This document shows, in pieces, positions 1 to 9,730 of a stretch of 33,073 nucleotides of DNA (position 1 is its first letter; each line of letters begins with the position of its first letter). The stretch comes from a virus (Duplodnaviria; Heunggongvirae; Uroviricota; Caudoviricetes): the IMG/VR virus record IMGVR_UViG_2879765931_000003; one strand, 5' to 3'. The notes under the pieces were generated by a model that did not search any database, was not told where the DNA came from, and saw only the letters and a program-made list of their open reading frames with translations. Made by a program: the position numbers and the translations under genes.

Positions 1-969
1 TTACACATCATTAGTACCTTCCTTATTTTTTGACTGGGACAAATTTGGGACCGATGGGTTCAGGATCGAGTCTATTTGCCGTGCGTGTTCGGTAAGGTGA
101 TTAGGTGCAAGGTGAGCATATCGACGAACCATTTCGATAGACTCCCAGCCTCCCATTTCCTGTAACACTGACAACGGGACTCCGGCTTGAACCAGCCAAC
201 TTGCCCAGGTGTGTCTCAAGTCGTGAAATCTGAAATCATCAATACCAGCCCGTCTCAGCGCCGCTTTCCAGGCTGTGTTTGCGTCATACCGCATCTTCCT
301 TACTGTTGGCGCTTTCGTTCCGTCTGGTTTGGTACAGCTTTCCTTGTACACAAATACCCAACGGTGATGATTCCCGATTTGTTTTTTCAATACGCGACAT
401 GCAGTATCATTCAGCGCAACGCCAATTGCGCGGTTTGATTTACTCTCTTCCGGGTTTATCCATGCCACCCGGCGCTGCATATCTATTTGTTGCCATTCAA
501 GGTTGATGATGTTCGAGCGTCTTAAGCCTGTTGCCAGTGCAAATTCAACAACAGACTTTAATGGCTCCGGACATTCATCAATCAGCCTTTGTGCTTCATG
601 GGGCTCCAGCCAGCGGATCCGTTTATTCTTTGGTTGAGGCACTTTAATAATTGGTGCCTTATCCAGCATTTTCCATTCACGCTCTGCGGCTCTTAGTAGG
701 GCCTTTATAAATGAAAGATGCGTAGCCTTCGTTGCAACGGACGCTGGTTTTGGCGTGTATTCTGGAACAGGTTTCCCTTTTTTTCTGCATGCTTCTGCCC
801 TGAGTTTCCAGTTTTCCTCATGACGCCGGTTCGTCATTTTCTGCATTGCTGAATAAATTTTTGATTCAGTGATGTCTCTTAGTTGCATCCCTGCGAAATG
901 TTGAAGCCAGAATCCGATCCGGCTTTTGTCATCGTCCAGTGATTTCTTATGTGCTTTCTCTTCGAGCCA
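1..969 (-). pseudogene. int: Phage tyrosine integrase, copy A: C-terminal ~320 codons, with the 5' part severed by IS600
   Basis: ORF ends ...[18 protein letters not shown]...[23 protein letters not shown]...TNDV* with stop at 1-3; the R..H..R..Y catalytic region is typical of tyrosine recombinases. Near-identical to the int at 11513-13942. Reading frame runs into the IS600 end at 970. Confidence 0.85.
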
Positions 970-1012
970 TGAGGTGTACTGGCAATAGCGGACACTACCA
1001 TTTGTTCTTTTT

Positions 1013-1831
1013 TTAAGCAGCCATCTGATGATATTTTTCCCTGAAGGCAGCCGGGGAGATATTCCCCAGACGAGAGTGACGACGCTGACGATTGTAGAAA
1101 ATCTCAATGTATTCCCGTATTACTGAGATGGCTTCATCCCGGTTATTAAAACGATAGTGGCTCAGGCTCTCATTTTTCAGCGTTCCCCAGAAGCTTTCCA
1201 TCGGAGCGTTGTCGTAACAGTTACCTTTACGCGACATTGATGTTTTCAGACCAAACTGCTCCTGTATGACCCGGTAATCGTATGCGCAGTACTGTGAACC
1301 TCGATCAGAGTGGTGGATTAGCCCGGCAGGTGGGCGCTGGCTCCTGAGCGCCATAAACAGGGCTTTACCTGTCAGCTCTTTTGTCATGCGCTCTCCCATG
1401 GCGTAGCCGACAATTTCGCACGTATAAACATCTTTGATACCAGCGAGGTACAACCATCCCTCCTGTGTGGCAACATACGTCAGGTCCGCCACCCAGACCT
1501 GATTTGGTGCTGTAGGAGCGAACGTCTGGTTCAGCAGATTTGGCGCAACAGGCAGATTGTGGTTCGGGTTCGTAGTCGCTCTGAACTTGCGTTTCTGCTT
1601 ACAGCGTAGCCTCAGCTCCTTACGAAGACGTGCCAGTCGGTCACGACCAACGATGATGCCATTCTCTGCCAGCTCCGTCTGGAGCCGCCGGGTTCCATAT
1701 GTTTCGCGAGTGCGGATATGTGCCACCTTAATCTCCAGTTTTAGCCGCTCATCACTTTGTTTTCTGTCTGAGGGTTCATGCTGTACCCAGTTGTAATAAC
1801 CGCTCCTGGATACACCAAATACCTGACACAT
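1013..1831 (-). CDS. IS600 OrfB (DDE transposase catalytic component)
   Basis: 272 aa, HSDRGSQY...[17 protein letters not shown] motif region; downstream of orfA in -1 frame. Confidence 0.88.
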   Translation of the reverse strand: MCQVFGVSRSGYYNWVQHEPSDRKQSDERLKLEIKVAHIRTRETYGTRRLQTELAENGIIVGRDRLARLRKELRLRCKQKRKFRATTNPNHNLPVAPNLLNQTFAPTAPNQVWVADLTYVATQEGWLYLAGIKDVYTCEIVGYAMGERMTKELTGKALFMALRSQRPPAGLIHHSDRGSQYCAYDYRVIQEQFGLKTSMSRKGNCYDNAPMESFWGTLKNESLSHYRFNNRDEAISVIREYIEIFYNRQRRHSRLGNISPAAFREKYHQMAA

Positions 1832-1866
1832 CGCTTCAATGGGAAATTGTTGTCGCCATTGTTCGA

Positions 1867-2169
1867 TTAACGCGTATTTTTCAGCGACTCCTGTGCAAAA
1901 TACGCTGTTGCTTTTTTTAATATATCGCGCTCAAGGCGAGCTTCATTTAACGCCTTACGCAGTTGCAGAATTTCAGATTCCAGTTCAGCCACCGTGCGGG
2001 AACCAGGAGTACCGAGCCCTTTTCTGGCGGCGGTAACCCATTGTCCTAAAGTGCCTTCAGGAAGAGATAATCGGGAAGCGCCTTCACTGATCGAAAGTTG
2101 ATTTTCAAGAACCGTTCTGACAGCTTCGGCTTTGAACTCTTTAGAGTAACGTTGGGTTTTTCTGCTCAT
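1867..2169 (-). CDS. IS600 OrfA (transposase N-terminal HTH component)
   Basis: MSRKTQRYSKEFKAEAVRTV...LERDILKKATAYFAQESL, 100 aa, IS3-family OrfA pattern. Confidence 0.88.
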   Translation of the reverse strand: MSRKTQRYSKEFKAEAVRTVLENQLSISEGASRLSLPEGTLGQWVTAARKGLGTPGSRTVAELESEILQLRKALNEARLERDILKKATAYFAQESLKNTR

Positions 2170-2233
2170 TATTAGCTCCTTCTGATGCCATTCTATTTCA
2201 GGAAGGAGTGTCCGTTAAACTCAGGCTACCTCA

Positions 2234-2746
2234 CTTTGCAGCGTGGTGGAGGCATCCGGTGCCAGCCTGGAGAAGGGGCGGCACGATCAGTTGCTTACCG
2301 CACTTCGCGCGCTGCTGTTAAGCCGCAAGAATCCGTTTGGCGATATCAAATCGGATGGCACGGTGAAAACGGCTCTCGAAAACCTTGGTTTGGGAGAAGC
2401 AGCTAAAAGGAATGTAGGTACAGGGGCGAATCAGATACCTGATATGAGCCTGTTCGCGTCAAGTAATACCGCAACGGCTGCTGCGCAAAAATTTCCGTCT
2501 GGATTAATTTTACAGTGCGGTCAGTTGAATGGCTCCCCTAATGTATCTTCAACATACGGGATGAGGTTCCCGATGACATTCTCAAGAGTCCTTGCTGTCA
2601 CAGTTACATTGAACGTTACTGGCGCGTCAGGGCAGCCGACTGTATCGGCGACAAATGTCCAGAACACTGGATTTGATATTACAGTGTCGCCCGGTTCAGG
2701 ATATGGTTCATCTGCTGATGCGTATTACATTGCAATGGGATATTAA
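2234..2746 (+). pseudogene. Side tail fibre protein, C-terminal fragment (N-terminus removed by IS600)
   Basis: ...[29 protein letters not shown]...[12 protein letters not shown]...[18 protein letters not shown] is the conserved C-terminal region of lambdoid/T-even-like tail fibres; in-frame open from the IS600 boundary. Confidence 0.7.
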
Positions 2747-2750
2747 CGAA

Positions 2751-3158
2751 ATGTCATATTTTTATTCTGCATCGACAAACGGATTTTATTCGACTGAATT
2801 TCACGGCACCAATATTCCTGATGATGCAGTGGAAATCTCGGAATCAGAGTGGAAAACACTGATTAATTCGCAGAGTGTAACAAAAATGATTACCTGTGGT
2901 GAGAATGGTCACCCTGTCATTGTTGACCGTCCTTCTCCAACACCAGAACAATTAGCCTTAATAAATAATGAAAAGAAATCTGCACTGATAGCAGAGGCAA
3001 CGAATGTAATAGCGCCGCTTCAGGATGCGGTTGATTTAGATATGGCAACAGATGATGAAACGAAACTGTTACTGGCATGGAAAAAATATCGCGCACTATT
3101 GATGCGTGTTGATATAAAAAATACAGAGTGGCCGAAAAAACCAGAGAGCAATCTATAA
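2751..3158 (+). CDS. tfa: Tail fibre assembly protein (Tfa-like chaperone)
   Basis: Starts MSYFYSASTNGFYSTEF..., the typical Tfa N-terminus, immediately after the fibre gene stop; 135 aa. Confidence 0.65.
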   Translation: MSYFYSASTNGFYSTEFHGTNIPDDAVEISESEWKTLINSQSVTKMITCGENGHPVIVDRPSPTPEQLALINNEKKSALIAEATNVIAPLQDAVDLDMATDDETKLLLAWKKYRALLMRVDIKNTEWPKKPESNL

Positions 3159-3326
3159 GAGAAAATTCGTTATTGGATGAAAAGCGAGACATCTAATTAT
3201 AACAGCATATGGTTTTTCTAATGATAGCTCCTTCAACTTTATAGTATCTCATATACTCTAGAATATAGCTCTAAATGAGGGTTTGTTGTATACGGCAACC
3301 ACTCCATTTTTATTCCTGATAGGGAT

Positions 3327-3352
3327 ATAACCCGTCGAAAAAGACGGGTTAT
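3327..3352. terminator. Putative hairpin between convergent tfa and gtrC
   Basis: ataacccgtc-gaaaaa-gacgggttat inverted repeat in the convergent intergenic region; no strong T-tract. Confidence 0.3.
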
Positions 3353-3391
3353 TCATTCGTTAGTGTGGTTTATATGGTAGGGGGCAATTTA

Positions 3392-4913
3392 CTATAGGTT
3401 AAGTTTTTTGTTAAATACTAATATTACTCTTCCTTCAAAGTTCAAAACTTCGTCAGGCTTACCTAATTGTTCTTGAATACCTGCAAGGCAGGATGTCATT
3501 TCTTTACATCGTTCAGGTTCGTTAGCTATGGAAACTGCTATAAACTGTCGCTCAGGAGCAGAATTGAACGCCTCCTTGCTATGCCAAGAAGCCAGTGTCT
3601 GTTGTCTCACGCCAGTAAAGTTAATTTTCCCCGAATCAGCATTAAAGAAAACAGGAGTTATCTGTATGTCCCCACCAGATAACCAATTTACAGTCATTGA
3701 CAAATCCCAAAAAGAGCCGTACCCATAATGGAGATTATTTTTTTTTAAAAAATCAATGTATGATTTAACAATCTTCTCCTGATCGTGTAATGGTGAAGCA
3801 TTATTTGTGTAAGATTTAATTGAACTGATCGAAAATAAAAATGCGATTAGATAAAATAATATCTTTGCTTTTGTTGATGTACCGATACAGCACAATATCA
3901 GTGCGAAACAGGTAACATTCATAAAGAAACGCATGCTAATATAATCAGGGGATTTATAGCTCAGTATGAATGATGAGACAATACCTGCGATAGATAATAA
4001 TGAAAATAACACAATATAAATACGGTATGTGTTTTTTTTTATTGTCCGATAAAACAAACCACGCAGATGTAATAATGGCAATGAACCAAATGACAAATGA
4101 GGCGTAAGATGTTGCGTTATTGTCGACAACTAATAAATTAAGACTTTTTCCTATTAACAGAATGCACCATTTTGCATTTAAAATCATATCATTGAGTGAT
4201 ACAATTTCAAATTGGTGGGGAGGTATGTTAAGTAGATTTTGCAATACATTGGAAAGAGAGATTAAACATGCAAATAGTATTAATGCAGTATGCTTAAATA
4301 ATTTTTTATCCCATACAGAGAATAAAAAGTAAGATATTAATAGTGGAATAAGAAATGCAGCTGTAAACCACGGATCGGATACGCTGGAAAATAATGCTGT
4401 CAAACTTAAGAGGAGAGTGATAAATATATTTTTATACTGTATGTTGAAAACAGATATAAGCAAGCATAAAAAGCCGAAAGCGTTTGTTGAATTATGAGAA
4501 AAAGGATGTGATACAAAACCATAAGTGTATGAAAAATATGGTATTAGAGATAGAAGTATAATAGAAAATAAAGCAGGGGTAAACCCGAATGCCTTACGTA
4601 GCGTTAACATCGCTGCTATTACTATAGCAATAGAGAAAACTGCAGTTGATAATCTTAATGCTACTAAGCCATCATCACCTAACAGCATATAAAATAAAAA
4701 GTTAATTGGGTAAACGGTGAAATACCAATTATCCACGGTTGGTTTCCAGTCGTGGATTGATGATATACCATTCTCTAAAATATGCCTCCATACAATTGGG
4801 CTGTTAGCAACATCCGGTTCAACTGGAAAGTATCTGGTAGTCAACCAAGTTATTAGGAGTGCTGATAAAGCCAATAATATTTTTAATGCTGATTGTTTAA
4901 TACATATGCTCAT
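3392..4913 (-). pseudogene. GtrC-family type-specific O-antigen glucosyltransferase, read in two frames that overlap at a T9 (coding-strand A9) run at 4032-4040
   Basis: Polytopic membrane protein directly downstream of gtrA-gtrB in the usual gtrABC arrangement. ORF 3954-4913 (319 aa) and ORF 3392-4129 (245 aa) both cross the A9 run in different frames; a +/-1 change in the run would give one ~506-aa protein. Very AT-rich. Confidence 0.7.
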
Positions 4914-4915
4914 GG

Positions 4916-5836
4916 TTATTTTCTACCTTTCTTCAAAATATACTTAGGTCTTGATTTTGTTTCTAAGTAAATTCTACCTATATATTCACCGAGAACACCA
5001 ATCCCGATCAGTTGCACTCCACCCAAGAAAAGTATTGATACAAGCAGGGAGGGATACCCGCGTACTGGGTTACCAAAGACAAGGGTGTCTATAATCATCC
5101 ATGCACCATATAAAAATGAAATGCTTGCAACAAACAAGCCTATATAAGTCCATACGCGAAGAGGAAAGGTTGAAAAACTTGTGATACCTTCCAGTGCCAG
5201 ATTCCATAATTTCCAGCCATTAAATTTTGAGATGCCAGCAACACGCTCTGCGCGTACATATTCAACGACATCCGTCTGACCACCCACCCAGCTCAGTATG
5301 CCTTTCATGAAAAGATTGCGCTCAGGCAACAGTTTAATGTTCTCCACAACCTCACGAGACATGAGTCGAAAATCTCCGACATTTTCCTCGATCTTTGGGG
5401 TGCTTATTTTGTTGTGTAATTTATAGAACCACTCAGCTGTCTTACGTTTCAGTCGTCCATCAGTTGAGCGGTCTGAACGTTTAGCAAGCACCATCTCAGC
5501 ACCTGCCTGCCACTTTTCAATAAGATGAGGGATAACCTCAATTGGGTCTTGCAGGTCGACATCAATAGGAATTACAGCATCGCCGCTTGCATGGTCTAAC
5601 CCTGCAAATAAGGCTGGTTCTTTACCAAAGTTGCGTGTAAATGACAGCGGAACAACTAGCGGGTCTGAAACAGCCAGCGCGTTAATAATTGACTCTGTGG
5701 CATCTTTACTTCCGTCATTTATGAATACAATTTCTACTTCATATGGCTTCAACTCTTGGAATTCACGTACCGTTTTATAGAAAACAGGTATCGCTTCTTC
5801 TTCATTGAAGACAGGAACGACAAGAGATATTTTCAT
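4916..5836 (-). CDS. gtrB: Bactoprenol glucosyltransferase GtrB (GT2 family)
   Basis: 306 aa; [20 protein letters not shown]...DGSKD...D.D..D GT2 motifs and C-terminal TM segments; 2 bp upstream of gtrC. Confidence 0.92.
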   Translation of the reverse strand: MKISLVVPVFNEEEAIPVFYKTVREFQELKPYEVEIVFINDGSKDATESIINALAVSDPLVVPLSFTRNFGKEPALFAGLDHASGDAVIPIDVDLQDPIEVIPHLIEKWQAGAEMVLAKRSDRSTDGRLKRKTAEWFYKLHNKISTPKIEENVGDFRLMSREVVENIKLLPERNLFMKGILSWVGGQTDVVEYVRAERVAGISKFNGWKLWNLALEGITSFSTFPLRVWTYIGLFVASISFLYGAWMIIDTLVFGNPVRGYPSLLVSILFLGGVQLIGIGVLGEYIGRIYLETKSRPKYILKKGRK

Positions 5837-6195
5837 TTCGCATCCCTAAAGACAATGAACTTTGAATAGACGAAACCGCACACCAGACTGATGGCGGAGA
5901 AGGTGATAAGAGTGACTATTGGAGGAAGTGAGCATTTATCAGCTGCCCAACCAACAATCACACTCAATATTCCCATAAATCCCACGTATAACATGTAGCG
6001 CATCGCTGTAGTCGATGCTTTGAATGTGAATCTTGCATTCGCGAAGAAGCTAAAGCTCACAGCCACTACGAAACCTGTGAAGTTTGCCAGAGCCTGACTG
6101 GTATGTGCGGTATAGATACATACACCAAAAACCACCCAGTGTATAAGTGTGTTCAGCACACCTATAGATGTGTACTTTACAAATAACTTTAACAT
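5833..6195 (-). CDS. gtrA: GtrA flippase-like small membrane protein
   Basis: 120 aa, [25 protein letters not shown]...[11 protein letters not shown]; overlaps the gtrB start by 4 nt. Confidence 0.92.
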   Translation of the reverse strand: MLKLFVKYTSIGVLNTLIHWVVFGVCIYTAHTSQALANFTGFVVAVSFSFFANARFTFKASTTAMRYMLYVGFMGILSVIVGWAADKCSLPPIVTLITFSAISLVCGFVYSKFIVFRDAK

Positions 6196-6267
6196 TTATT
6201 TAATCAATGAGCTCTGAAAGGCATGAAGTCTATCATCCAAGTCTCAATTGATCGATACTTGCTATGT

Positions 6268-6320
6268 CTGATGAGACAAAACTGAGACACATAAGGCCTC
6301 ACAATGGCTTGCAAGGCTTT
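6268..6320 (-). promoter_or_regulatory. Conserved upstream block shared with the acyltransferase locus (candidate promoter/leader of the conversion cassette)
   Basis: Reverse complement AAAGCCTTGCAAGCCATTGTGAGGCCTTATGTGTCTCAGTTTTGTCTCATCAG matches 14168-14220 at 43 of 53 positions; both lie about 73-125 nt upstream of the start codon. Confidence 0.45.
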
Positions 6321-6396
6321 ACATGTTTTGATGTGGTGGGACGTGTGAGCGCAGTGTTGATGGGATAATCCTTTGAATTACAAGCGGATTCTTATA

Positions 6397-6442
6397 ATTC
6401 GTAATGCGAAGGTCGTAGGTTCGACTCCTATTATCGGCACCA
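6397..6442 (+). other. Phage attachment-site core: 46-nt 3' end of tRNA-Thr (thrW-type), not an intact tRNA
   Basis: ATTCGTAATGCGAAGGTCGTAGGTTCGACTCCTATTATCGGCACCA is the anticodon-loop-to-CCA portion of tRNA-Thr(CGU) as I recall it; the upstream sequence does not continue the tRNA. Confidence 0.8.
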
Positions 6443-6456
6443 TTTAAATCAATAAG

Positions 6457-6815
6457 TTACCTCGCATTTAAGTAAACTACGTTCTCCTCTTGTGCCGTAT
6501 TTGTGCCATTGCGACTTATAATCGCATCGATTTTGCTCGCGTGCTCGGTGAGATGCCCGGCTGAAAGGTGGGCGTATCTTTGAACCATTTCGAGAGTTTC
6601 CCATCCTCCCATCTCTTTAAGCGCAAGAAGAGAGACACCGGACTGAACCAGCCAGCTTGCCCAGGTATGCCTCAGGTCATGGAAGCGGAAGTTGCTAATG
6701 CCTGCCCGCTTTAACGCTCCCTTCCATGCCTTGTTGCTGTCGGTTCTCATCTTCCTTACCGCTGCTGTTTTTGTTCCGTCGCTTCGGTAGGCAGGTTTGG
6801 TGTGGACAAACACCC
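6457..6815 (-). pseudogene. int: Phage tyrosine integrase, C-terminal fragment (a third, divergent int), 5'-truncated by IS600
   Basis: ...[55 protein letters not shown]...; stop lies 14 nt from the att core, the same geometry as int copy B. Confidence 0.8.
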
Positions 6816-6858
6816 TGAGGTGTACTGGCAATAGCGGACACTACCATTTGTTCTTTTT

Positions 6859-7677
6859 TTAAGCAGCCATCTGATGATATTTTTCCCTGAAGGCAGCCGG
6901 GGAGATATTCCCCAGACGAGAGTGACGACGCTGACGATTGTAGAAAATCTCAATGTATTCCCGTATTACTGAGATGGCTTCATCCCGGTTATTAAAACGA
7001 TAGTGGCTCAGGCTCTCATTTTTCAGCGTTCCCCAGAAGCTTTCCATCGGAGCGTTGTCGTAACAGTTACCTTTACGCGACATTGATGTTTTCAGACCAA
7101 ACTGCTCCTGTATGACCCGGTAATCGTATGCGCAGTACTGTGAACCTCGATCAGAGTGGTGGATTAGCCCGGCAGGTGGGCGCTGGCTCCTGAGCGCCAT
7201 AAACAGGGCTTTACCTGTCAGCTCTTTTGTCATGCGCTCTCCCATGGCGTAGCCGACAATTTCGCACGTATAAACATCTTTGATGCCAGCGAGGTACAAC
7301 CATCCCTCCTGTGTGGCAACATACGTCAGGTCCGCCACCCAGACCTGATTTGGTGCTGTAGGAGCGAACGTCTGGTTCAGCAGATTTGGCGCAACTGGCA
7401 GATTGTGGTTCGGGTTCGTAGTCGCTCTGAACTTGCGTTTCTGCTTACAGCGTAGCCTCAGCTCCTTACGAAGACGTGCCAGTCGGTCACGACCAACGAT
7501 GATGCCATTCTCTGCCAGCTCCGTCTGGAGCCGCCGGGTTCCATATGTTTCGCGAGTGCGGATATGTGCCACCTTAATCTCCGGTTTTAGCCGCTCATCA
7601 CTTTGTTTTCTGTCTGAGGGTTCATGCTGTACCCAGTTGTAATAACCGCTCCTGGATACACCAAATACCTGACACAT
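6859..7677 (-). CDS. IS600 OrfB
   Basis: 272 aa DDE transposase. Confidence 0.88.
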   Translation of the reverse strand: MCQVFGVSRSGYYNWVQHEPSDRKQSDERLKPEIKVAHIRTRETYGTRRLQTELAENGIIVGRDRLARLRKELRLRCKQKRKFRATTNPNHNLPVAPNLLNQTFAPTAPNQVWVADLTYVATQEGWLYLAGIKDVYTCEIVGYAMGERMTKELTGKALFMALRSQRPPAGLIHHSDRGSQYCAYDYRVIQEQFGLKTSMSRKGNCYDNAPMESFWGTLKNESLSHYRFNNRDEAISVIREYIEIFYNRQRRHSRLGNISPAAFREKYHQMAA

Positions 7678-7712
7678 CGCTTCAATGGGAAATTGTTGTC
7701 GCCATTGTTCGA

Positions 7713-8015
7713 TTAACGCGTATTTTTCAGCGACTCCTGTGCAAAATACGCTGTTGCTTTTTTTAATATATCTCGCTCAAGGCGAGCTTCATTTAACGCC
7801 TTACGCAGTTGCAGAATTTCAGATTCCAGTTCAGCCAGCGTGCGGGAACCAGGAGTACCGAGCCCTTTTCTGGCGGCGGTAACCCATTGTCCTAAAGTGC
7901 CTTCAGGAAGAGATAATCGGGAAGCGCCTTCACTGATCGAAAGTTGATTTTCAAGAACCGTTCTGACAGCTTCGGCTTTGAACTCTTTAGAGTAACGTTG
8001 GGTTTTTCTGCTCAT
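7713..8015 (-). CDS. IS600 OrfA
   Basis: 100 aa, near-identical to the other copies. Confidence 0.88.
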   Translation of the reverse strand: MSRKTQRYSKEFKAEAVRTVLENQLSISEGASRLSLPEGTLGQWVTAARKGLGTPGSRTLAELESEILQLRKALNEARLERDILKKATAYFAQESLKNTR

Positions 8016-8177
8016 TATTAGCTCCTTCTGATGCCATTCTATTTCAGGAAGGAGTGTCCGTTAAACTCAGGCTACCTCAGACGTCCCGTATGATGGATAT
8101 GAAATCAAGACAATCACACATCCTGAACCGCCCCGGGAATCCTGGAGACTAAACTTCCTGAGAAAGAGGTAAACAGG

Positions 8178-8500
8178 ATGACTAAAAATACTCGTTTTTC
8201 CCCCGAAGTCCGTCAACGGGCAGTCCGTATGGTTCTGGAAAGTCAGGGCGAATATGACTCACAATGGGCGACAATTTGTTCCATTGCCCCAAAGATTGGC
8301 TGTACGCCGGAGACTCTGCGTGTCTGGGTTCGCCAGCATGAGCGGGATACCGGGGGCGGTGATGGAGGGCTCACCACCGCTGAACGTCAGCGTCTGAAAG
8401 AGCTGGAGCGTGAAAATCGTGAACTGCGCCGCAGTAACGATATCCTTCGCCAGGCTTCCGCTTATTTTGCGAAGGCGGAGTTCGACCGCCTCTGGAAAAA

Positions 8501-8504
<4 letters not shown>
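8178..8504 (+). CDS. IS629-like OrfA
   Basis: 108 aa HTH/leucine-zipper OrfA of the IS3 family. Confidence 0.82.
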
Positions 8505-9387
<883 letters not shown>

Positions 9388-9429
9388 GTTCACAGATAAA
9401 ACACTCTCCAGGAAACCCGGGGCGGTTCA

Positions 9430-9730
9430 GAAAGTAAATGAAACAGATGCTGAATACCTGGTGCGTAAATTCGATGAGCTTGAAGCTAAATGTGCAGCAC
9501 AGGAAAACAAAGTAATACCAGTGTCAACTGAACTGCCACCAGCAAATGAAAGTGTTTTGTTATTCGATGCTAACGGAGAAGGCTGGCTAATTGGCTGGCG
9601 TTCTCTCTGGTACACCTGGGGACAAAAAGAAACCGGAGAATGGCAGTGGACATTTCAGGTCGGGGACCTTGAAAACGTCAATATCACTCACTGGGCAGTA
9701 ATGCCAAAAGCACCGGAGGCTGGAGCATAA
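9430..9730 (+). pseudogene. Phage early-region protein, DUF551-like C-terminal fragment (5' end removed by IS629)
   Basis: ...LLFDANGEGWLIGWRSLWYTWGQKETGEWQW...ITHWAVMPKAPE has the Trp-rich pattern I associate with DUF551; no start codon after the IS boundary. Confidence 0.5.

Larger units (their letters stand above)
970..2233 (-). mobile_element. IS600 (IS3 family), copy 1, 1264 bp
   Basis: Ends TGAGGTGTACTGGCAATAGCGGACAC / TGAGGTAGCCTGAGTTTAACGGACAC as imperfect inverted repeats; OrfA 100 aa and OrfB 272 aa. No target-site duplication: flanks ...gagcca / ctttgcagcg. Confidence 0.88.
6816..8079 (-). mobile_element. IS600, copy 2, 1264 bp
   Basis: Same ends and ORFs as copy 1; no target-site duplication (flanks ...caccc / gacgtcc). 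Confidence 0.88.

Noticed and set aside
1-1107. 368-aa ORF presented as a single protein
   Set aside because: Chimera: integrase codons fused in frame to read-through of the IS600 terminal repeat ([21 protein letters not shown]...). The same IS-end peptide recurs at 6756-6953 and 16170-16361.
1557-1796. 79-aa antisense ORFs inside IS600 orfB (also 7403-7642, 12668-12907, 16811-17050) and other antisense ORFs within structural genes (e.g. 20140-20493, 28620-29018, 27529-27903)
   Set aside because: Embedded opposite well-supported coding regions, with no independent signal; typical shadow ORFs.
3392-4913. Two separate genuine genes for the gtrC region
   Set aside because: The two ORFs overlap by 176 nt and both traverse one A9 run; GtrC-family proteins are single polypeptides, so a frameshift in one gene is the simpler reading.
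6380-6445. Possible intact tRNA-Thr gene (and a second one at 13950-14030)
   Set aside because: Only the 3' 46 nt match tRNA-Thr; the upstream sequence does not form the D-arm or anticodon stem, so these are att cores, not tRNA genes.
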